From NCBI RefSeq assembly GCF_009914755.1, contig NC_060939.1: 64,000 bases of DNA; one strand, given 5' to 3'. Each line of letters starts with the position of its first letter. The first letter of the stretch is position 1. Positions 1 through 19,570 of the stretch are shown here, piece after piece. This stretch comes from the human T2T-CHM13v2.0 reference genome, Homo sapiens. Below the pieces are notes generated by a model, which was not told where the DNA came from, did no database searches, and was given only the letters and a program-made list of their open reading frames with translations. A program made the position numbers and the translations under genes.

Positions 1-2750
<2,750 letters not shown>

Positions 2751-2754
2751 CTAA

Positions 2755-4185
<1,431 letters not shown>

Positions 4186-5149
4186 TGAATACAACACGCA
4201 ATTGCACAAAGAATGAAGCACATCCTACCCCTCACCTCCTCAGGTTGCTGTTGCAGGCTATTTCATGGTCCTGGCACTAACACAGCCAGAAATGGAGGCT
4301 ATCAAGCTAATGCAACCCACAATGAGCCTTCTGAAGCTCATTGTGAGTACACTATTCACATAAAAGAAAAGGCAAAATAGAAAATAAAATTACTTTAGTT
4401 TTATAATATATTTAATAAAAAAGGAATTGAGAGTACTACATCAAGAAATAACTAAATTATAGTCTTACATCCATCTACAACTTACTTAAAGCATCAGTCA
4501 ATTTCGGGTAATCTTGTGTGTTTCCATTTTCTTATGTGTAATGTTTGAGAGCAATATTTTCTCCTTTCCATTTCTGGCTACCTGCCAGGGATGATTTGAG
4601 GATTTATTATCTAGTGTATCCACAATGTACTTGGTAGCTTAAGAAATACACTAGACAGATGAAAAGACAGAAAATTTTGAATAACAGAATGTGGCAGTAT
4701 GTTAATTTGGCAGGTGCACAACTTAAGCCATGGCATATTTTATTGAATGAAAGTTTATACGCAGTAATTCTACAGAGCACAAGAGGAGACACTATCTCAT
4801 TGCAGACAAGTTTCAGATCTCATAGGGATGGAGACTCGTTTTAACAAGCAATAAACAAATGCAATTTCTGGTATTACTAAGGCAACAGAGTTTCCTTTTA
4901 AAAACTCTGGAATTTGGCAAGAATATTGAGCACCAGTATAAAGGAAAGGCTTTGTGTGAATATCACTGATCAGAATCTGATGAGAAACCAATCCCAAAAG
5001 ATAACAAATGGGATTTTCCATAGCCAACATGAGAAAAGAATTACATCTGGGTATCTTTTTATCACCTGATACATACAGGTAAAGGCTTTGCTCTGTTGAA
5101 TGCATTGTGGGGTTTCCAGTCTACATCAGTGAATGTAATGTGTGCCATG

Positions 5150-5732
<583 letters not shown>

Positions 5733-6707
5733 ATTATTTGATATATATTATTATATGTTGTGTTATTTATTTAGAGATATATGATTATATATTTATGTTA
5801 CATATTAATACTAATAACATGTCATTTTAAAACATGATTCTATTATTTAAATCATTATTCTCATATATTTAGGAAAAGGTACATTATAAGGGTATAATGT
5901 CAGAAAAGGAAAGACAGAAATGCAGTGCTCTAAAACATTAAAGCTTTAGGAGATTCAAGAAATAGAAAGCAGATAAAGTATATGAGAGTAACCTGTGCCA
6001 TGTGGTTTTTCTTTGGCTTCCCCACATTGAAAATAATAATAATAAAAACAAAAATGAGACTTGTGTAAGTTAAGAGCATATCTTCAACCACAGAAATATA
6101 GGATTAGGAAGAGTCCCAGAGAAAAAAAGCAATTTCCTTCTTTGTTAAGTAAGCAAAAAGTATTCTAGGCACATAGTGTCCCACAGGAGCAGCTGACAGG
6201 AGAAACATGTCTGCTGGAGAAGAGCAGGATGTTCTCAGGGAGCAGGCAAGGGAGAAGCAGGACTTGGAACATGTGAGCATCTGTAAGAGCCTTTATGTCC
6301 AAAAGAGAGAAGCAGAGAAAATGCAACTTAGACATCAAGGAACCTCAGGTGATGGTAAGAACTAAAAATTTTTTTAAATGCTGAGTCCAGAAAGCAAAAG
6401 TTAGATGTAGAAATTTCTGACTGGACCAATTTTGGGAGGACTATGGGATCTAAGAGCAAAGGTTATTATTGAAGTATCAAAAATTCCACTGGGAAGCATT
6501 TCTGGAGCAGCTTATGGAACTAAGTAGAACCCCATCATCTCAATGAGGTGATGGCAGGTAGATACATATTCTGTTCCCCTTGCCACATCACTTCTCCATT
6601 ATTTTCTCCTCCTTCCTAGTAAGTACGAGTTAAGGGAGAAATCTTCCCCATCCCCTTTCCTTTTGGAAAACTTGTGTTAGAATAACTTTCCAAACCTCAC
6701 AACTTCA

Positions 6708-7107
<400 letters not shown>

Positions 7108-7538
7108 TTAGATGATTCATGAGAGCAAAGAAAACAAAATGTAGCCTTCCCAAGGCACAGGGAAAAAATGCAGAAAAAAATTGCACACCAAGGGCAGTCT
7201 TGAAGTACAAAACCTTAATATGTGATATAAGTACCTGATTTAAAATCACCTCTGGGATGAAACAGCAGAAAGGAAAATGTTCAATTAGATCATAATGATA
7301 ATTATAGTTGCCCTTTTCTTTCTTGCTTTCTTGCTTCTGAGGGTCTCCCATGCACCTAGATGCTTTAAAGTAATATCTTTTTAATCTTCACAGCAACCCC
7401 TGGAGGTCTTATTATTTTCACTTCAACAGGAGAGGAGAGTGAGGCTCCCAGGAAGCACAAGATCTACCCAAGTTCTACAGCTGGGAAGTTTGAACAAACA
7501 CTGATTTGAACCCAGGGCTTCTGACTCCAAAGACTACA

Positions 7539-7667
7539 TTTTTTTGTTTTTAATAGAGATGGGGATTCACCATGTTGACCAGGCTGGTCTTGAACTCCGG
7601 GCCTCAAGCGATCCTCCCATCTCAGCCTCCCAGTGTTGGGATTACAGGCATGAGCCATCATGCCAGC
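7539..7667 (-). mobile_element. Alu monomer (FLAM-like)
   Basis: Single left-arm-like monomer. Confidence 0.8.
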
Positions 7668-7936
7668 CCAGAGCCTACATTGTTAATGACACCATGGCAC
7701 ACTGCTTAGAAATACTTGGGAGGCGTCTTGTTGATGCTCTGAGGAAATAAAAGTGTTTACTCATTCCTGAGTTAGTTCAGCACAGTCATGCCAGGCAAAG
7801 TGTTCGCTGGACATGCTGTGGGAGACTTCAAGGACATGTCAAGCAGTCAGAGAGAGCTGGGGGAAAATCACATGTTCTGGAGCAATAGTCTCAATAGGTC
7901 ATCATCATGCTGCATAGAAAGATAATTTAAAGAGGG

Positions 7937-7937
<1 letters not shown>

Positions 7938-7971
<34 letters not shown>
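7938..7971. repeat. (TG)n microsatellite
   Basis: Perfect TG run of ~16 units. Confidence 0.95.
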
Positions 7972-7972
<1 letters not shown>

Positions 7973-8392
7973 ATGCATGTGCAATGGCATATGCCTGTAT
8001 ATACAAAGACAACTATTTCTCTCTGGGCATCTATCAATAACCAGGATAGAAAATAATTCTTAACACTGGGGATAAATTTGCCCATTTTTGTAAGTGACTT
8101 TCTTTACCAGATTTAAAGAAATATAACTGTGCACATAAGAATACATGATTTGGATTCACTCTCCAAAGTTAACAAACCATTACTGTACGAAGTAGCACCG
8201 GAACAGAGGAGAGGAAGAAGGAGAGAAGTTTCAGGCCATAGTCAGGGATGGGAGGCATGGAGCATGAGTCACCCCGCGGCACTTATCTGTCAGCCCAGGG
8301 AGAAAGGCACTGGGCTGTTGCGATGGGCACCATAAAAGGACAGGCAGGGCAGGAAGATGATACACTAAAAGATATCCTTTTAAGAGGGACAT

Positions 8393-8687
8393 AGGACTGA
8401 GTGCAGTGGTTCATGCCTGTAATTCTAACACTTTGGGAGGCCGAGACAGGAGGATTGCTTGAGCCCAGCCTGGGCAATATAGTAGTAAGACCCTGTCTCT
8501 ACAAAAAAATAAAATTAGCTGGGTGCAGTGGCACGTGCCTGTAGTCCCAGCTAGTCAAGAGGCTGAGAGGGGAGGACTGCTTGAGCCCAGGAGGTCAAGG
8601 CTGCCGTGAGCTGTCACTGTGAAACTGTACTCCAGCCAGAGCAACAGAGTAAGACCCTATCTCAAAAAAAAAAAAAAAAAAAAAAAA
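8393..8687 (+). mobile_element. Alu (J-like)
   Basis: Alu consensus, A tail. Confidence 0.88.
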
Positions 8688-9794
8688 GGGGGGACATAAA
8701 TCCAGTGAGCGCTGCCTGAGAAATTATCTTGGCCTTCCACTTCCAAGACCTGGCAAAAGAAAAGGCCCTCATGGTTCAAGCTTACCTACAGAAGTGCATA
8801 AATCCAAAACACCTTGTTAATTTCTAAAGCAGATAAATTTGGACAAAATACATTTCAATAAGGAAATGAAGCAAAGTAATTGAATGAAAATTATACAGTT
8901 TAAACATGCACATTGTGGTGATTATATCAGGGTGAAGAATTAGGATGAAAAGAAGTAGCAAAGTTTGAAACAACTTGGCTAAACACAAAAGTAACTTTGT
9001 AGAATAGTCTGGAATATTAACTTAAATTCTTGTTGGCTATTCAGCCTAGATGTGTACAGGGCCCGCCATCTGCTGGCAAGGCTTGGTGTTGCTAATTTGG
9101 AAAGCACTCAGAGGAGGTGCCAGAGGATCATTTACTCTTTTTTATAGCAACACTGCTCAATGTTAAATACTGATATATTAGGTCTCAACAGATGCAACAA
9201 ATATTATATCTTGGAGCTCTGAATTGTGTATTTCCTATCTTATAAGACAGAATACCTAATTTCTGGCAGGAAGGGATTCTGGACTGGTAAAGCCTTCCCA
9301 GTCACTAACAACCTTCTTCCTCCTCCAGTTATATAAATGGAATTGTACAGTATGATTCTTTTGCATCTGGCTTCTTTCACTACACATTGTGAGAGCCATT
9401 CATGCTGTTAAGCATAGGAGTAGTTTTAATCATTTTATTTATATTAACATCACATTTTTTCTGTTTTACTTTTGGTGAACATTTAGGCTGTTTCCAACTC
9501 TTGGCTATTACAAATAATGTAGCTTTGAATATTCTTGGCTATGTCTTTTGGTGAAAACATGCATGCATTTCTATTGGGTGTATAATTTAGTAGTGATACT
9601 GCTGGGTCAAAAGGTATGCAAATGTTTAAATTTAGGAGACAATGCCAAATAGTTTTCTAAAGTAGTTACACCAAATATATTTGAAACAATGGTATATGAG
9701 AGAGCATATCAGAGAATCACATCCTTCCAAATGTTTGCTATTAGTAGTCTTAAAATTTTTTTAGCCATTCTAGTGGGAATGTAAGAGTATCTTA

Positions 9795-10838
<1,044 letters not shown>

Positions 10839-11057
10839 TCCTGCCCATCTTTCTATCCAGTTATGTGTTTGTTTAACTGATATATAAGGGTTCTTTGTAG
10901 ACTTCAGATATAAGCCCTTTGTCAGTTGTACGTATTACAAATATTGTCTGTAGTATAAGATACATGTGATTTAAATACAGGACAACACAGCACCAAGCAG
11001 AGAGGATAAAGAGTGCTGGCACGCTCAAAGGTCCTTGCATTGTTCAGGAAGTGGTTA

Positions 11058-11465
<408 letters not shown>

Positions 11466-12833
11466 GAAAAAAATGTATAACTTGCAAATTAATGGGTATA
11501 AAATGGAATGATAGAAATATTTGATTAATCTAAAAGAAAGCAAGTAAGGAAAAAGAAAAGAACAAAAAGTTGGCAGGAGAAAAGGAAATTTAAACCCAAA
11601 TAAATATTTTTTAAAAGGTATTGTAGGAAAATATTTACCAAAAGAGAGCTAGGATATAGTATCAGACAGAATAGATGTAGGGGACAAAAAAGGACAAGGT
11701 CAACTAACCAATAAAGTGATAGGTTAAGAAGATATGAGGCTGCTAAACTCTCCTCTCACCCCAACAAAATAGCTTCAGGATATATATAACAATGCAATAC
11801 AATTACAAATCAGTAACACCAAGATATCTTGAAAACTCTCATACCTGCAAACCAAAACACACATCATTTGAATAATCCTTGGACTAAAGAGTAATTTATA
11901 AACTGAGTTATGAAATACTAAGAAGTTATCACAGTGATAATGCTTCATGATAAAATATATGGAGTAGAGTTAAAGTAGGTCTTGGAGGGAAATTTTAGAG
12001 AATATTTTTGATATTTAGCTGGAAAAGACTTTCTAACCAGACTCCCAAAGCATAAATCATAAGGTGAAAATGAATGGATTTGAGTGAACCAAATTAATAA
12101 TTTCTAAGCCACGAAGAACACCATAGACAAAATTAATAAGCGGGCAATAGATGTAAGAAAATATTTATATCATTAATATTTATAATATATAAGAAAACCC
12201 TGATTATCAATAGGAAAGGTACAGGAAACTCTAAAAGAAAAATAAGAAGGAATACTAACAGGCTATTCATACAAGGTGAATCCCAAGTGGCTAAGTCGTA
12301 TATGAAAAGTATTCAAACTCACTAATAGGAGAAATGTAAATAGAACTTTAATAATTAGATAGCACGTTATATGCACCAGGTTGGCAAAGATTAACAAAGT
12401 CAAATATTGCCAGTGGTGTGTTAGGAACCTACCCGCCCTGCAAGTAGGAATGCAAATGCAGATGGGTGTCGTGGTTGGCTGGTGCTTGGTGAACTTAAAG
12501 TCTGTTTGTACTCAGTACCACCCCTGGAATATAAACCTCAGAAAAGCAATACCACCCTTGGGATATAAACCTCAGAAAAAGTGTCACTTAGCCACGTAAG
12601 TGAAGCTGTGTAAGGATGGTCATGGCAGCACTGCTATGGCAGCAGAGAGCTGGGGACAAGCTGAATGTCTATTGTTAGGAGGATGGACAAACAAAATACA
12701 ACAAATGCATTCTATAGAGCATTATACAGGAACCAGAAGCAATGAACTAAAATCCAGGCAACAACCAAAACGTGCTGAGTGGAAAAAATAAGAAGCAGAA
12801 TGATACATACGCTACAAATTTATACAAATTTTC

Positions 12834-13139
12834 TTTTTTTCTCTTCTTTTTTTTTTTGAGACAGAGTCTCACTCTGTCACCCAGGCTGGAGTGCAGTGGT
12901 GTGGTCTCTACTCACTGCAACCTCTGCCTCCTGGGTTCAAGCGATTTCTCCTGCCTCAGCCTCCTGAGTAGCTGGGATTATAGGCATGCGCCACCACGCC
13001 TGGCTAATTTTTGTATTTTTAAGTAGAGATGGGGTTTCACCATGTTTGTCAGGCTGGTCTTGAACTCCTGACCTCATGATCCACCTGCCTCAGCCTCCCA
13101 AAGTGCTGGGATTACAGGCATGAGCCACTGTGCCCGGCC
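12834..13139 (-). mobile_element. Alu (S-like) within ancient L1M
   Basis: Alu consensus, TSD aaatttatacaaattt on both sides. Confidence 0.9.
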
Positions 13140-14270
13140 AAATTTATACAAATTTTAAACACATAAATATATAAAACAATATTGTTTGTTATTCAGAGAT
13201 ACATACTCAAAAACGTAAGCCATCATTAAAGTATTTATCTATGATGTGTGTGTAGGAGAATGAGAGAAAAGATCGGAGATGAAGGGAAAAATTAATTTAA
13301 AAATCCATACCAGAGGATTTGCACAGATGAGTGAGCTCTGCACTTGCAGTTCAAAAACCACCCAAGAAAAACAAAAGAACAAAGGGAATTGTGATCACAA
13401 AAGAAGATCTTTAACTGCATGAGTCAAAGTTGGTTCTTCCCACTTTCCATTCACATGGAAGCATTAGGTGTGTTCTCCTGGGGCCCTTTCCTAGCACCTT
13501 TCTTAAAATGATTCCGTGGGTTCTCTGAGTCGTCTTGGCAATCAACCTACACATACAATCTAGTTAGGAAGGTAAACTGAATTCTTCCGGCTTTGGCTAA
13601 GGGCAGCCATGTAGGTCAACTGGGATACTCTGCCTCTTCCAACACAGACCTTTCTCCACCTTTTCCTCTGCACAAGTCCATCTTTCCAAAGAGTGTGGAC
13701 AAACTCTGTCACCCCAATACTCTGAGGAATTGGCTTAGGTTGCTCTTTGGAGAAAGATAAAAGTACTAACTATGCACAACCTTCTCTTCGTGTCTCTTCC
13801 AGCTGAGTTTATTTGGTGAGTATGGAGTAAGGTGAGGAACAAAGAACAATCCTTTCGTGATCATGGATTCAGATGTGTTTAAGATCTTTCTCCTTTGAGG
13901 CTTTCATCATAAACTCAACCTGTTGAAGCATTTTAGACTGGAGCAGGGCAGGGAAAAAAGGAAGGGAGGGAGGAAGAGAAGGGTGTAGGGGCTGGGGGTG
14001 AGGAGGGAGAGCAGGTAAAACGAAAGTCAAGAGAATAATGATCAGAACTCTGGGACCCAGGGCACTCCACAGAGAGTGAAAAGTGTCACTGATGGATGCC
14101 CTGGTTGGGGCTGCTCTGACATGACTGTGTTCCTCTTTTACTTTTACACAGTGACCTCCAGAGAAGCCATGGCCGCAGCCTCATGGAGATGCTCCTCCTA
14201 CCTGAGACAGATTCTACAGGCAAAGAGCCTCCCGCCATCATGTATGCAAAATCCTAAACTTGAAACTTAC

Positions 14271-14396
14271 TGTGCAAATGATAATCTGATCCGTGCTTCA
14301 ATTTCTATCCATTCTTCCTTTATAATTCTTCCACATTGTAGCAGCTCCTTTGAAAGTCTCTCTGCTTTTGTCAAATTCTCTGCAGCTTCCTTAAAT
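14271..14396 (-). CDS. TTC23: TTC23 coding exon 4 (126 nt); gene continues beyond the window start
   Basis: FKEAAENLTKAERLSKELLQCGRIIKEEWIEIEARIRLSFA(Q), TPR-like helices. In frame with exon 3, donor GTAAGT at 14270. Confidence 0.95.
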
Positions 14397-14580
14397 CTGA
14401 ATTGTGTTCAGGAAATTTTCCACTTGGTTCTAGATTCTACACCCCATGTCCTGAACTTCCTTGGCTCCCATACTTCCAATCACACTTCCTAAGTCATCCA
14501 TCAGCATCAGCTTTTTACTTGGCGTGTAAGTGTTACGTGAATAGTATTTCTATTTGTAAAAGTTAGAGGCAAAAGGATAC
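14397..14580 (-). other. TTC23: U12-type GT-AG minor intron of TTC23 (184 nt)
   Basis: 5' site GTATCCTTTT. Branch-like TTTCCTGAAC (14415-14406) about 10 nt from the 3' CAG. No polypyrimidine tract. Confidence 0.9.
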
Positions 14581-14731
14581 TTTTGAAGGGAGAGTAAAGC
14601 TCTGCCCATGGTATGGAAAAGCTCAATGGAAAACTTGAAAACATCTGTATTCTCACTATAGGGAGGCACAATGGAGTTGGCGAGGATTTGTCTGGCTTTT
14701 TCTGCATGTTGTTTTGCTTGCAGTGACAGTC
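14581..14731 (-). CDS. TTC23: TTC23 coding exon 3 (151 nt)
   Basis: GLSLQAKQHAEKARQILANSIVPPYSENTDVFKFSIELFHTMGRALLSLQK. Acceptor ctttgtccacag, donor GTATCCTTT (U12-type). Confidence 0.96.
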
Positions 14732-15789
14732 CTGTGGACAAAGAAAAAGAGGTCTCAGTTTCTCTATCATCTCAACTGGACAGGAATACAGTTCCTTATG
14801 GTCTGGGAATCTAACAAGGTCTCCTTCACATATTGTCAAATGACACATGGAGACGTATCTGGGCAGCATGAAACACTGCCATGACTGTAACAACCAAAGA
14901 AGTGTTTTATACCAAGTACCCAAGATAAATTTTCCCCCAAATGGCCTTTTTAGAAATAAACAAAATGAGCTGGAATTGAACAGCTTTGAAACCTCACCAA
15001 TAGCAGAAGCAAAATATGTTACATATAATTATAAGAAACAAACTGAATACAAGAACTATAGCATTCTGAGCAGGAAATAAAATATTCATGAATTTTAATC
15101 CTGGCTGTGTAACTGCAATCTTAATGAAATACTAAAAATTCTGAATCTTCCGCTCACCCACCTATAATCATAATGTCAGAGAGTTATTTTTTTAACATAA
15201 TACATATCTGATATCTACAAAAACTTACAAACACAATTCCAGTGAGGTAACAGATTAATGTGTGACAATTTCATCTTCCTATGTGGTAAGAGACTAATAT
15301 GAAACAAAATGGAGCAAAAAAAAATCACTACTAAGAAAGAATTCCCCAGTGTGTTCCAGTGTTCCTCCACGGGCTTGTTAATCTGTGGGAAGGGAGGACT
15401 GAGATCGCTAGCACGGCTTCAGGGCTTTGCACGTCCCTGTATTCCCATCCTCCTCCCCTACACCGACAACCACTTCCACTCACATACACACAGCCCCCAT
15501 CTTATGTTCTTAGTTACACAAAATTGTATCTTAGATCTCTAAAAAAATCTGTCAAAATATGAAGTTAATTCTGTTCCTATGTCTATAAAACAGGAAGAAT
15601 ATATTTTCTAATGGAGAAAATCAAGGGTATGTGTTTCATGTGGGAATTCTTACACAAGATTGTCTTATTACATATTTTTAAAAAGCACAGACATGTATTA
15701 GTGCCACCTGTGCTTGTGATGTTACACAAAGCATGTTGGACTGTATTTTCAACTGTGTCGAGTCCCTGAAGGAACCTGAACTCAATTTA

Positions 15790-16280
15790 CTGGAGGCAGC
15801 ATAGGGTGAAGTTCAAGAACATTGGCTCTGAAGTCAGACTGCCCAGGATGGATCCCCTGCTCCACCACTTATTATAAAACGTTGGCCTCAGCTTTCTCAG
15901 CTGTAAACAGGGATATTAAAAATACCCACCTTTGAGGACTGTGGTGAGGACTGAATAAGGTTATGCATGGAAAACAACATGCCTGGCACCAAATGAGACT
16001 TTAATAAATGGTAGATACTACTTTTACTTTAAATTGAGAAAGAAGGACTGTCACGCAGAGAGGCAGCAGGCTGTATAAGAAAAGCATCGTCTGAAACCCC
16101 AGATGGCAGGACAAACTGGCATTGAAAACCTAGGTCTGAGTCTCAGATCAGCTACTTATTAACAGTGTGGTATGGGGAAAGCTGTTCTAACTCAGACTCA
16201 TTGTTTTCCCTGAATCTACAAAATGGGGTGGGAGGGCAGAGTTTAAATTAGATAATCTCCAAGGTCCCTAAGAGCCTTTG
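15790..16280. mobile_element. MIR fragments
   Basis: MIR-like ggctctgaagtcagactg...ctgtaaacagggata and acaaaatgggg...tagataatctccaaggtccc. Confidence 0.6.
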
Positions 16281-17423
16281 ATCTAATAGGTAGGACCAGT
16301 CTATAATCAGATTTGGCCAAATTTATTGGGTGGCAATAATGAATACGCTTGGTATAGAATATGCTTGGCATTTGGTGTTTTCCACTTCTATTATTTTCTT
16401 TATTCACTGGGCCAACCCTGGAAAGTTAGCATCACCATTACCATCATCATCACTTTTCAGCTGAAGAAGCTGAGCACAGAGATGCTCTTGTCCATCTTGT
16501 CTTAGGCTGCACAGTCAGTAAGTAGAAGCCATCATCATATCCTGGGTGTCTATTGTTTTTGCCTCCCCTGCACGCATTCTCCCCTCTGTTTCCCTTTTGG
16601 GATGCCTGGCTCCTGCACATCCAATCCATGAGATGTGGCGAAGGCCTGCTTCTCCTTCAGGATCCAATGAAGCCAAAAGAAAGGTTTAGCCAATCAGACT
16701 ATTCCTTGCCTTTGGTATACAACCCAAGTTGTTCCAATTAGAACCCTTCCCAAATCCCGGGATTTTGGTGGAGGGACATTCTTTTCCTCCTGGGAATGCT
16801 TATAAGGGAAGTCTAAAGTTGCAGGCAGTCTTGTTGCCACCATGTGGGCAAAACCTGGCAAAGAATGGAGCAAATACCAAGAAAAACAGAGCCAAGCAGT
16901 GGGAGAGAGAAAAATTGAATCCTGGTCACATTGTTTGAACACTGGATATGGCTAAGTCTAAAAATTTTTTCCCTTGAATTTTTAAGTTGTATGAGCCAAA
17001 AACTTTTGTTTATGCCAATTTGGGTTAGTCTTTTTAAATTTTTTGGTTATTTACAGTCAAGAGATTCTCCAATAAAAGTGTGAATGGATCCCATTCTGGG
17101 CCCCTATTCCATACCTTGGGTTTTTTCCTACAAAGTCTTCTGGCCCAACAGATTAATTTTCTCCTAAGAACCTTACTTTTGAAATCATAAAAACAAAAAC
17201 AAAAACAAAAAAACCAGAAAAGTTAAAATATTTTTTCCATTTTTCCCCTTTGAATGTTTACAGGTTATATACCTTATCAACTCTTTCTAAAAAGAAATGG
17301 CTTCTTGGTATTTAGAAAGGAGAATATTAAAAAACCTGATCCTTCTAATTAAGTGTGAATCAAATTTTGGGGAGAACAGCAGAAATCGACCAACTGATCC
17401 CCCTCAGTCTAAGGCGAGCTTAC

Positions 17424-17547
17424 CTTTCAGCTGGAGGTAGCCTTGAGCCAGATTAACATGTGCCTCTGCTAGTTTCCAATGTGAGTCTCCATAGCAAATT
17501 CTTGTCAGTGCTACGCAACGCACAAGCTCATGGACGGCCTGTTTGTA
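17424..17547 (-). CDS. TTC23: TTC23 coding exon 2 (124 nt)
   Basis: [41 protein letters not shown]. Acceptor cttcctaacag, donor AAG|GTAAGC, phase consistent with neighbours. Confidence 0.96.
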
Positions 17548-17939
17548 CTGTTAGGAAGAGAAAACAGGCTTACCAGTTATACAACTTAAGAGTCACAAAA
17601 CACAAAATCAATGCGCTTTTATATCCCTTTGATAAATACTGAGTGACTACTATGTGCAAAACATTGTTCTAAGCACTTGAGATGTATCAGAGAACAAAAC
17701 AGACAAAGATCTATTTGGGGTGGTAGCATGTACATCTGGTAAGATGAAACAGACAATAAACATAAGAAGTACAATTTATAGTACATTTAAGGGTGAAAAA
17801 AAGAAATAGAATTTAAAAAATAGAAAAAGTAGAGCAGACATCTAGTCATTCTCTAGGTTTCCCAGCTGCCCACCAATGAACAGCTACTACATATGCAGGC
17901 ACAACAGGGGCAAATGGTAGTGTTTTCAAATAGTACACT

Positions 17940-18175
17940 TTGTGTGTGTGTGTATGTGTGTGTGTGTATGAGACAGGGTCTCACTCACCTGGAGTCACCC
18001 AGGCTGGAGTACAATGGCACGATATCAGCTCACTGTAGCCTCGACCTCCAGGGGGCTCGAGCAATCCTCCCACCTCAGCCTCCTGAGCAGCTGGGACCAC
18101 AGGTGTGCACCACCACACCTGGCTAGTTTTTTGTATTTTTGGTAGAGATGGGATTTTGCCATGTTGCCCAGGCTG
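17940..18175 (-). mobile_element. Truncated Alu with (TG)n microsatellite as its tail
   Basis: TG repeat 17940-69 abuts the Alu right arm. Confidence 0.8.
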
Positions 18176-18398
18176 TCAAATACTATAGTTTAGCTCTCAA
18201 TTCAAAACTTTCCTTAGCCATCTGCACTAGCATAGCAAATGAGATCAGCAGGACTTACAGACTTGATTAAAGCAGCAAGAAGCACAGTTTCATTCAGGGA
18301 TAGGACAAAAAGAACAGAAAACTGGATTCCCAGCTCCAGGTGATCTCAGAGCAGCCATATCCTCAAAGCAGAGCTGGCAGTTTTAAAACACGGTTCCA

Positions 18399-18702
<304 letters not shown>

Positions 18703-18704
18703 TC

Positions 18705-19570
18705 AGCTCCAAAATTATTTGATACTCCTTCCATTCAGAGATGGGGGTCTATGTCCCATTCCCTTTGAATCTGGGCTTTATGACTGTTTGGCCAATAGAA
18801 CGTGGAGGAAATGATACAGTGCCAGTTTTCAGGCCACAGTCTAAAGGAACTGGTGGCTTTGCTTTCTGTCTCTTCTTGGGTACTCACTCTTGAAACCTGT
18901 TATGGGCTGAACTGTGTCTCCTCCCCAACCTCCCTGAATTCATATATTTAAGTCCCAATCCCCAGCACCTTATAATGTAACTGTTTTTGAAGATGAGGTC
19001 TTTAAAGAGGTGATTTAAGTTCGAAGGAGGTGTTAGGGTGGACCCTAGTCCAATACAGCTGGTATCCTTATATATGAAGAGGAAAAGACACCAGGGATGG
19101 GCATGCATATGGAGAAATGACCATGTGAGAACACAGCAAGAGGGCAGTCATCTACAAACTAAGGAGAGAGGGCTTTAGAATGAAATCAAGCCCTGCTCAC
19201 ACCTTGGTCTTGGACTTCCAGCCTCCAGAACTGTGAGGAAATAAACTCTGTTCTTTAAGCCACAGCATCTGTGGAATTTTGTTAGGACAGCACCACAGAC
19301 TAATACAGAATCCAACCACAGTGCTGTGAGGAAGCCAACATGGCCCCATGGAGAGAAGACCCACATAGAAAGGCCTGATAGTTTGAGTGAACCATTTTGG
19401 CAGCAGATTCTCCAGACCCTTCAAGACCAGCTGATGCTGTGCGGAGCAAAGCTGAGCAAACCCCACTGAGCTCTGCAAAAACCGCAGGCTCATGAGAAAA
19501 ATGAATGGCTGTTTTGGTTTTAAGCCACTAAGTTATTGGGGTGTCATGCAGCAACAGATAGTCAGAACAG
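18705..19570 (+). mobile_element. ERVL-MaLR LTR (MLT1-like) with a second MLT1 LTR nested at 18898-19307
   Basis: Inner element TGTTATGGGCTGAA...CTAATACA with ggacttccagcctccagaactgtgag-aataaa. Outer element ends ttttaagccactaagtt...cagaaca. Confidence 0.75.

Noticed and set aside
12514-12580. 35-bp tandem duplication (taccacccctggaatataaacctcagaaaa x2)
   Set aside because: Ordinary slippage duplication in a decayed L1, with nothing suggesting function.
14076-14923. 138-aa ORFs overlapping TTC23 exons 3-4
   Set aside because: Antisense or alternative-frame overlap of real exons, with no splice or homology support.
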